Assembly: GCA_030704615.1 (NCBI GenBank)
Contig: CM060733.1
Location: 52,886,001-52,950,000 of the forward strand
Direction of reading: 5' to 3'
Source of the DNA: Takakia lepidozioides
Lineage: Eukaryota > Plantae > Bryophyta
Length of the DNA stretch: 64,000 nucleotides
Both the position numbers and the translations under genes were made by a program. Below, piece after piece: positions 39,204 to 49,186 of the stretch. The stretch's first letter is position 1. Each line of letters begins with the position of its first letter. The notes beneath the pieces are model-generated. The model was not told the DNA's origin and ran no database searches. It saw only the letters and a program-made list of their open reading frames with translations.

Positions 39204-39463
39204 ATCGCCCCCCTAGCCAGTGCTTAGGTCCATCTAAGTCCAGGTAGCCATAAGATGTGATAGTGACCATAGCCTCACTTTGTCCTCCACCATTGTCCCT
39301 ACTACACTCAAACTCGATAGATCAAGAGGCTGGGTGCAAGAGTTGCCCAATCGTTAGTCGCCATCTTGCAACCTGTGAACTTGAACCTGGGATCTCGTGT
39401 ATTGACTCCTATGAGCTTGGCCTCCCATGTCTTGTTAGCTGCCTCTAGTCATGTCCACTGCCA

Positions 39464-42400
39464 CTATCCCAAACAGTGTGGACATAACCAATCTCCATCA
39501 GGAACCTTCTCAAGAGGTGGTGTCAAGCATCCTATATGCCAACCTCTTGAGCATCGATCACACACCAGCATGGTGGCTGCCCCTTTGGCAGACCCACAGA
39601 GCATGCACCTCAAACCTGTAGGTACCACTGCCAAGTTTGGGTCAACTCTGCCATCGACATTGAGAAGGTGACATGGCGCACAATTACGCACATGGTCTTT
39701 CAAAGTCATGCCATCCCGACCCTCCAAGATCAGGACTCTGGAGGGCAACACCTCTCGAACCCTCAGAATAACACGCCCTGCAGTAACATCCGGGGTTGTA
39801 GGAGCAGTCTGCTGCAAATAAACATAGTCACCCGAGCTAAACCGCCGAACCCCAGGACAATATCCTCCACCACGTATAGTGGCATACCTCAACGTATCAC
39901 GGTGTTGTGCAATGGCAAGGTTCTCAAAAGCCATGGGCATGACTTTCTTGAACAACTCTGCACGCTGATCACATGCACGTACCCACACGTCCGGATCGTC
40001 AAGGTTAAGGACTTGAGCAGTGTCCCTACGAATGGCTGCAGGAAAATCCGGCTCTCGGCCAAAGAAAAGAAAATATGATGAGAAGGAGGCAAGTGATGCT
40101 TGCTTGCTGAACCGGTAGCCCATGGCTAACCAAGGTCCCTGAAGATCCTAATCTCCTAGGTGTCCCTTCTGCAAGCCATACTTACGCAAACCCCTCTTCA
40201 CCGTCTGAACAACTCTCTCTGCCAAGCCATCGGCCTCAGGATGATCCCGAGAAGTGGTATGGTGATCTATCAAGGCTTTATCACACAAAGCCTGAAACTC
40301 CCCCAAGAACTCTCTCTCTTGGTTCGTGAGCACCTCAGCTAGAGCACCGAATCGGCTAAGCACACGATCCAAGAATGCATACGCAGCTCTCTCACTAGCC
40401 TTGTCAGGCAATGGAACCAACTCAATCCACTTGGAGAAGTGCTCCACCATCACCAACACATATCTGTGGTGGCGCATAGTCAGTGGCAAAGGTCCTGCGA
40501 AGTCAAGACTCCACCTGTAGCCCAATCCCATGATCGGAAGATGATGCAACTGGGGTGTAGGGGCGTTGAATGAAGCATGCACCCTGTCACACACCATGCA
40601 CCTAGCCACGAACTGTTGCACCTCTGTGTGCATACCACGCCACCAATATTGCCCCTGTAGTAGACTGTGAGTGCGTCGCACTCCAAAATGCCCCAACTCC
40701 TCATGGACATGCCGCACTAACCGTGCACGCTGTGTTGGGTGAGGCACGATCCTCACCCAACCATCCTCCCACACTCGAAGCAGGTGTATCCCCTCCCACT
40801 TGAACCTCTTGGCTTGTTGCAGGATCCGATCCGTCTCCCTGGCAGTCAGAGTGGCTATCGTGTCTCCCATGCGGAGGTAATCCAACATAGCCGAATCCTC
40901 ATGAATATCTCTAGCACCACTTGGCTCATCACTAGCCTCAGGGTCCTCAGACACTTCGTCTATAGTCGTCCCTGTTGTAGGTCCAACCTGACCTCCCGAT
41001 GCCAAGATACACAAAAATGCAGATGTGTGCCATCCCGGCACCATCTCCTCGTCCGTCTCACCATGCCACCGAGCTCCAGTGTCATCCTGCTGGCTCGTGC
41101 ATGGATTGCAACTCAATCCATCCGCATCCCGATTGACCAAACCCGGTCGATGCACAACCTGAAAGTCATACTCCTGGAGTATGAGTGCCCACCGTGCAAG
41201 CTTCCCCGTAAGCTTGTTTGACTCCATCAACCACTTGAGTGGCTGGTGATCCGTGACAAGAGTGAAGAGATTGCCGTATAGATAGCACCTGAAGTGTCCC
41301 ACGGCCCACACTGCAGCTAAGCACTCTCCCTCATATGAGCTGTACTTAGCCTCTGCAGCATTGTTCGAGCAGCTAGCATAAGCCATTACGAACTCTCTTC
41401 CCTCATCATCCACCTGTGTGAGCACCGCTCCAAGCCCCAGCATGCTCCAATCCGTATGCAGCTGAAAGGGACGCCCCCTGATAGGTCGTCTCAGGATAGG
41501 CGCCGAAGTCAACCTCGTCTTGAGCTCTTGAAAAGCTCGTTTCTGCTCATCATCCCACTGCCACTCCTGGTCCACCTTGGTCAGCAATGGCACTAAATCC
41601 CTTGACAAACTGTCTATAATAGTTTGCCAACCCCATGAAAGCTCGAACTTGGCTCACATCCATGGGGCGTGGAATTTGTGCAATGGCCTCTACCTTAGTC
41701 TGCTGTATCCGCATCCTCCAGGATATATCATGTGACCCAGATACTCAATCTGGTTGTGGAAAAACTTGCACTTCCCTGGATGCAACTTCAATCCGTGCGC
41801 TCTCAAGCGCTCCAATATCACCTGAAGGTATCTCTCATGCTCCTCCACCGTAGCACTAAAGATGATGATGTCATCTATGTAGCACCGAGCAAAGTCCACC
41901 CCTGCTAGAATCCTATCCATGATTCTCTGAAACTCTGCCGGAGCGTTCTTAAGCCCAAATGGTAAGAACCGCCACTAATATAGGCAATCCTTGCCGTGCT
42001 CATTGATCCCCCAGAATGTCGTCTTCTGCTTGTCTGCCTCCTTGATCGGCAACTGGTGATATCCGGATCGTAAATCCAAAGTGCTAAAGACCTTAGCATG
42101 CCCGATGGCATCAAAGATCTCCTCTGGTGTTGGCATGGCATACTTATCGGACTTGGTCTGACGATTTACAGGTAGGTAATCACCGCATATACGTCTCTCC
42201 GTCCAATTGCCATAGACTCCTTCTTGGCTGGCATCACTGTGGCTGAAGCATATTCTCCACAAGAGAACTCCACCAAACATGCCTCCCAGAGATCTTGAGT
42301 CCTCATCTGAATCAAAGACCTCTCCATGTCACTGTATCGATAGGGTCTCCGAAAGATTGGCGTGTCAATGGCCAACTCAATACGGATCTCTTGACCCTTT

Positions 42401-42480
42401 AGTGCTCCCAAGTCCTTCAAACTGAAGGCAAAGCAATTCCTATAAGCCCTCAGGAACCGCCGTATACGTCGTCTCTCTCC
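39464..42480 (-). pseudogene. RT-RNaseH-integrase-PHD part of pol
   Basis: LDLRSGYHQ, PFGLKNAPAEFQR, YIDD, LHTDWS, YSSYEGECLA, H-GHFG/CxxC, WSLDF, ADGLAER; PHD CMLC...CDRC...WHIGC...WLCPHC at 39470-39605. Stops and frameshifts are present. Confidence 0.92.
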
Positions 42481-42869
42481 TCCGGTGACAATGGGTCCAA
42501 TGTCAGGCTCCCAATTGTCCTTCGTAACTGCAACCTTAAGTCCAGTGGGCTTAGAGGTAGAGGACGCGTCCAGTGGTTGCTATGTTGCAGCCTCTTGAGC
42601 AATACTCCCTACCTGCTCAGTCAGTGATAAGGCCTCATCCTGCCCCACATCATCTCATCCTCGAGGATTTCCTCCACCCGAGAAAAATCCCCAACCTCAT
42701 CCATCACCGCCACCTTGGCTGCCAACTGCCTCTGAACCACCTCCCACGTGTGCCATGGATGTCTGCACCCCGTGGTCCTCACATGCTCGCCCCCACTCAC
42801 TGCCTGTACCGTTTCGGTAGGCAGAGAGACCAGCGAGGGAAGTGTACTCCGCACTCTGCGTTGCTCAGC

Positions 42870-43825
42870 CATAGTCAAGCTGATAATCCAGGTCAAGCAA
42901 TTGAGATCCATTGCTTGCCCCAACACCTGACGACGTGATGTCTCAGAAAGAGACGACACCGCCGTGGTACCAGTGGTAAAACCCATTGCCCGCTCACGCT
43001 TGTCAGCATCAGGCTCCACTAACTGCTGCAACTGAGCATCCCACAGGAGGCCAGGTCCACTATCCCGGAAAGCATGCGATTGTGGGAAGCTGAGCAGTGT
43101 AGGTAATGCTGCTCGTGGTTGACCCACCTTGTTGACCACTGCCAAAGGCGAACGGTCATCGTGTCTCACACGCTGAGACTGCCTCCCTGTGTCCAAAATG
43201 CTATCCACTGTGAGGTGTGTTGGCTACTGCATGCCATCAAATGCACGCTTGAGTAGTGCGGGTGGCATCAAGTTAGTCCACCATAGCCGTGGACGATGAG
43301 CCCGTGACCCCACTGTAGCTACATCTAGTAACACTGCTAACCCAAGCCACGACCGGACTTGATGCACACTGGCCATCACCCTGGCCCGAGAATCGTCCAT
43401 CAGTGGCACATTCTCCAAGATATATGTTGGAGATACAGCTTGATGAAGCTGCAAGTGGCGCAATACCCGCACCATCTCCCAAAACAGACTCGACATCGAA
43501 TCTCGCAATCCATTGTCATGCCCGACCGATGAATGCGTTTGGCAAGACCAACCTGCCACTACCAGATCAATGGAGCCAACCCGCTCCAAATCCTGCGCCC
43601 CCAGCAACGAAATGTCTGCTAGCAAGGCCTGCTGATATCCACGAACTGCAGACATCGGCAACAACTCAGGGTACTGCTACACCAACTAAGCAACATGGCG
43701 AAGTGAAATGCGTCGTGCAGTCTCATCCCTCTCCACATACAGGTAACGTCAAACTCGTACACTTGCCTGTAACACAGCAGCCAATCCGGTGCTGATCCCG
43801 CCAAACAAGTCCAGAAGACAAATGT
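42870..43825 (-). pseudogene. DNMT3-like C5 DNA methyltransferase domain within the polyprotein (four in-frame stops)
   Basis: Motifs in canonical order: I LLDLFGGISTG, II YVERD, III ADI, IV IDLVVAGWSCQ, VI YILENV, VIII SRAHRPRLWWTNL, IX ERAMGF, X RRQVLGQAM. All are in the same frame as the protease. Confidence 0.92.
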
Positions 43826-45885
43826 CTTCATCCGGATACTGCCACACAATAGGTGTGGTATCCAATGGTGACAACTGAGGTGGTCCTGGTGCAATCCCCG
43901 CACTCTCCTCCTCTCCTGATGGTACAAAAGCCTCCACCCAGGCTTGTTGTACCCGTCGATCAGCAACCCGCTGCAAATCCTTGCTCGTGCCCCACAATGG
44001 AGTCTGAGCAACCATGGCAGACAACTCCGCCATACTATGCATATCATCCTGCTCTCCTGGAGGTGTATCATCCTCTGAATGAGCGTTGCCCTCTAGCAAC
44101 TCTCCAGGCCAAGTCACTGCAGCTGTGAATGCTGCTAGTGTCGGCATCTTGCCCCGCTGGGCGACCGCCACTCCTCCTATGAACGTTACAGGGAGCTGCA
44201 TACGCCGGCCCTCCCCTGACTGCCATCCAGGCCTATAGGAAGCTGACTCCTCCCAAAAATCCAAGATGAAGCCCATGGGGTACAACACTGCCCCACCAAC
44301 CAGGACATCGTACGAGATTGTGTCTGTCACAATGGCCTTGGCTCGCATCACTGAGCCATCTGTAGGGTGATCCGGCCATAATCTGATAGCCAACTCACGC
44401 CGTGTCATGCACCGAGCCTGCTTCAATCCTCCCAGATACGTTTGTATCTGGAAAGGACAAGGCTCCATATCCGCCTCCGTGAGGCTTAAGCCTGCAATAG
44501 CAGCTTTGCCCAATATTAATGGCTGAGCTCCCGAGTCCAACAAGACCCGCAGTGGCCGGTATCTTTTGCTTGCCGGTCCACTCAAACAGAAAATGCCATC
44601 CTGGTTGTCTAACATGACAACTCCAGGTGTCACCATGGCACGCTCAATGGCTGGCCTAGCTGGCAGCTCCATCAACCTGGCAGCTATAGCTTGCCATGGT
44701 GCCACCGTGGCAGTCTTGACCCTCAAATCCGAGGATCCCTCCGGCATTACACCTCCCACTATCTCCGCAGAAGATGAAGTAACCTCCCCACTCTCACAGA
44801 GTGTAGCTGCCAGCGTGAACACCTCAGCTGGTCTTACCCCCGGCGTCGCAATCATGGTAGCCGAGAACAATGGAGCCTGACACATAGATGTGGCCGCTCC
44901 CAATGGCACACTAGCTGCCGTAGCTTTGGCAACACTAGGTAGTGGTGTTGCCCGTGTAGCTCTCCCCAATGATATAGTAACCTCCGCCTCGGTAACAGTC
45001 GAGCGAGAACTAGGTGCCATGGATGGCGTCGACACTGTGTCCGCCAATGTGAATGATTGAGGAAGCCTGGCTTGACGGCTTGCTTCCCAAGTTGTGGATC
45101 CAACTCCACCTCTGCACCTCGTGGCTCAGGAACTCGTGCTGCTCCTCGGGTCACTGCCGCCGCCGACTCCACTTGCACTAGTAGTAGTGCGGCCCCACAC
45201 ATGAATCCCATGCCTCCCATATCTCCTCCATCAGGAGCCGGAGGTAAACCATCCGGCCTTGGAGCCGGTACCACCTGAGCTGTAGCCATGGCAGCGAGCC
45301 TCTGCTCTAGCTGCTGAAGCCGGTTGGCCATGCCTTGGTCAACACCCTGACCTCCGCGTCCTTGGCCATGTTGAGCTTTCCCTTGGCCTGCACCTCGTGC
45401 CTGGCCACCTCGTCCTCTCTGGGCTGCTCCACCTCGCCCCCGGCCACCATTGTTCCCTTGGAACTGGCCTGGGCGCAACTCAGGATGCAAACCATAACAC
45501 TGGGCCTCTCCATGCCCGTGCTTGCCACAATGCCCATACTACAACTGTGCAGGTTGTGCATGTGCCGGCCCTTTGCCTCCCTCTGGGCAATCTTTCTTGA
45601 CATGAGGTCCTCCACATGTCCAACACACCACATCCGCCCGTTGTTGGCCTGCAAATGAAGGGAGAGACCCTTGCATCTGAGGTCCATTCTGTTCTTCCCT
45701 GAGCTTCACTTGAGCCCCCTTGTTGCCTTGAGCACGTTGAGGTAGTGGTTGGCTAGGAGCACCACTACCCCGTGGTGTCTCCTTAGCAAATCCCACCATG
45801 ACCACTCGTTCCTCCACCATGTTGAGCTCTATCCGCTCTGCCAGCAAAAACACATTTGCTAAGGTGGGTTGGCCGGTGATCAAAT
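43826..45885 (-). pseudogene. gag C-terminus (two zinc knuckles, RGG-rich region) and aspartic protease; capsid part apparently deleted
   Basis: CWTCGGPHVKKDC, xGHCGKHGHGEAQC, VLLDSGAQ. Confidence 0.8.
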
Positions 45886-46339
45886 CCGGACCAATCATCT
45901 ATAAAAACAAGCGTCCACACAAAACTAACATGGCGCACAGTCAAGCATGCAGGTATGGAGGGGATCCAAACACAAAAAATCAGAACGACAACTCCCCCAC
46001 ACCAAAAACAGCTCCACGGTGTTGCTCATGTAAGGACACCCCAGCCCCAAACCTAGACTGACTCTTGCCTCCACCTACGGAAAGGTCTTGGCCTAATGAG
46101 AGGGTGGAAAAACTACAAGGAAGAGAAGCTAAAGCAATGCCTAACCCCAGCATGCCCTCATCCCAACACTCTTCCTCTCCTCTCTTCTATCACTTGCATG
46201 ACCATGGGAATATCATGAAGATACTCCTCAAACTGCCCTCCACGAGCTTCGACATTTGGCCTTCAAGACCATATGTCAATCCTCAGGCAGTCCACCAGTG
46301 CCTCCACAAGTTAGCATAGGTCATCCACATGTCAACATG

Positions 46340-46575
46340 GGCCACCACAGACCAGTACAGGCCCACACACAGGCCACAGGCCACAGCCCGTCACAGCCCC
46401 AAAGGCCATAGGCACAGCCTGTCACAGTCCGTCACAGCCCCACAGGCCACAGGTCACAGCCTGTCACAGCCTGTCACAGGGTCACAGCCCCAAAGGCCAC
46501 AGTCTGTCACAGCCCGTCGCAGCCCCACAGGCCACAGGGCACAGCTTGTCACAACCTGTCACAGCCCGTCATAGC
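46340..46575. repeat. CACAGCC/CACAGGCC tandem array in the 5' untranslated region of the DNMT element
   Basis: Directly visible. Confidence 0.85.
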
Positions 46576-47992
46576 CCCATCCATGGCCACTCATGACAGT
46601 TTAGTCATTTCTCCAAGGGGTTTAGCCACGCCAAGCTAGGGTTTGTGTCTCTTGGACTCTAGGCTTCTTTGCACCGAGCTATGGCGGCTGTGAGGAAATC
46701 AGCAAGGTATTTTTGCTCTTTGTGGCCCCCACACACCACCAATAGTAGCTCTAATTCCAAAGGAAAATGTTTGCAACTGAAACTTAGTGCACAAGCTTCT
46801 TTTTAACTCACAAAACAGCGTCATTGATCCCTATGGCGACTAACCAAACATGGCTGACTTCCAGCCCTTGTAGGACTTATTCATGCGCTCTTCTTGGCCA
46901 TAGAATGTGGAGCCTATTCCAGCCCCCTACACCTGCCACTTTAAGAGCCATGCTCTATCTAGGCTTGTAGTTGAAGCCCCAACTCAGATTACGCTCTACA
47001 AGTGTCGGACTGTCACATAAGAGCAGATTAGCCCCTTACCTTCTCATCTAGCTCTCCAAAACTTAAAGATGGAGGCCTAACTGAATGCATGCTCCACACA
47101 TGTCTTACAAGGAAACCAACTCCTTCATTCCTTTCTTGCACTCCCAAACCTGAAAATACAACCCTTCAACAGGCTGAAAACATGCTCCACACATGCGTTG
47201 CCATCATATAAGAGAAGTCAGCCCTTCCCTCTTCCTTGTTTGCCCTCCAAGCTTGAAGATGGAAGCTTCAATGGGCTGCATGCATGCTCCACACATGCAT
47301 CATCTTCACACAAGAGGTAATCTGGCTCCTTGGCTCTTTGATGCTCTCTAAGACAAGACTAAGCACTCCACAGCCTTTGCCAAGCTCCTGAAACCCTAAG
47401 GCTTACATTTCCAGTCACAAGACACTTCTCTTGTGGTACAAGAGCTCTTCTTCCAAGCTCTGAAACCCTAGGTGCACATTCCATTGCCTTACCGCACCTC
47501 TTAGCTCCTGTTCCAGCCCTGCTATTGCCATGACAAGAGCCCTCTCAATGCTGAAGCTCAAGATTGAAACCCCAATCTCAACATACTCCACAAAGTGCAC
47601 TGATTTGCCCCAAGCCAAATCAGCCCTTTCGCTTGGTCTTGCAATCCTTCACACAATGAAAGCTTGCATTCCCAAGGCTAGTTCTCAGCTTTGCCACCAA
47701 AGCCATTATAATTTGCTCTTGACTGGTCCTCTTCCCAATCGTACTTGTTCATGCATATACACAATCTGAAACCATCAAGGTGCTCTGGAATTACCTGCAG
47801 CATGGTGCTTTCATGTCTCTGAAGCTGAAGATCGAATGCCAAGGTCTACCACCTCGTAACCCACATCGCCTGAGCCGCTTCTAACAACCAAGAGCTCCAC
47901 GGTGCTCCTTGCATAACAACCTGGTTTCTCTCATTCTCAAGTAAAAACCACAAGTGCTACAACTAACTCATATCTGGCACTCACAGATACGA

Positions 47993-48008
47993 GCTGATAT
48001 TTCTCGAG
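47993..48008 (-). promoter_or_regulatory. Putative self-priming primer-binding site
   Basis: Lies immediately after the 5' repeat and is complementary (14/16) to 48176-48191 within it. No TGG-type tRNA PBS is present. Confidence 0.65.
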
Positions 48009-48330
48009 TGATAAAAAAGAAGAATACAAGCACAAGCTCATGCGAGCTCACAAAGCTGAAGCATAAACTCATGCATATATAACTTCATCACTCAAATACA
48101 AGTCAAGCCAAGTGCACCCCACACGCCATGGGGAATCCACACTACGGCGCCATAGCTAGGCGCGGTGAGGCTCAACTCGAGAAAGATGAGCCTTTCGCAC
48201 TTGACGTAAAGACAACCACTCCAGGGCCTAAATCTGCCTTGACCCCTGGAATGACACTTGGGCCAATCCCAAATGTCAATATGTAAAAGCTAGCTAGCTA
48301 GTTTCACACTAGTGGTAAAATAACTTGACA
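48009..48330 (-). repeat. Terminal repeat segment B (5' copy)
   Basis: Direct repeat of 38708-39036. Confidence 0.92.
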
Positions 48331-49186
48331 CGTTCTTGTGTCTCGATAAGCTCAAGTCTTTTGCCAATCTGTATCTCTTGGAGACTTTGCTCCCACGTGA
48401 CAGTGATTTGCGGGTAGGTCCAGTGGACGTTCAAATACAGGTTACCCCTATCGTCTTTGGCTCCCCCAGTGGGAAACCCTCCTTGATGGCCGAGACGGCA
48501 ATGTATTTTGGCTCATTTGCATTTCAGGACAGTAAGCCTCCTTACGGCTGTTCTTCCTGTAATGAGGCTCTCGGAGGTCAGAATGCAGGAGGCTGGCTAT
48601 GACAAAATGAGATGGCTCTCGGAGAACTCCTTGCCTGATGATTTGGGCCTGGAAGGGAATCTGGAAGGGGGCAGGTCTTGGATGTCAGAAATCTATCAGG
48701 CTGGAAGGCAGCTTGCTCTAGCTGCCGAAAAAGCGAAGTCATATGCAGCATCACTTGTCAAGCCGCATGCTAGCGATGGTTTAATGGTGGTGAATCACAA
48801 GATTTCTCTGTTTTGCTTCGCTTCAATGTTCAATCTTGCAGTAGATCCATTTCATTTTTGTCTCCGCGCCTTATGGCTTCCTCACTTACTCATCTTCTGC
48901 CTTCCTCGCTTTTCCAACATGGCTTGCTGGTTCTCTTATCGCCTCGTTCTACTTAACTTCCTCGGTGGCTCAGTCTGTGGTCACTTCTCTCAGGCCTACC
49001 AGTCTCATGGACATCTTCCAGCCCCCACATAGTCATTTTGCCCCGATTTCAGTGCTCCCTCTTCCATGAAGGTGAAAACAACTTGGGCCTGGTTCCTCGT
49101 CCGGCCTGGAGTCAGGCGTTTCTCTTCTCTGTTTCATCAAAGCCATCATTTCATGGGATCGCCATGGGCTTCCTGAACGGGCCTCC

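Larger units (their letters stand above)
38531..48330 (-). mobile_element. Ty3/gypsy retrotransposon encoding a DNMT3-like cytosine methyltransferase and a PHD finger, with split/permuted terminal repeats
   Basis: TGTC...GACA termini, 4-bp TSD CGTT (38527-30, 48331-34), domain order gag-AP-DNMT-RT-RH-INT-PHD. Confidence 0.92.

Noticed and set aside
38531-48330. DIRS/PAT/Ngaro tyrosine-recombinase element suggested by the split repeats and methyltransferase
   Set aside because: It encodes an aspartic protease and a DDE integrase, has a TSD, shows no tyrosine recombinase, and the MTase is C5-type rather than DAM-like.
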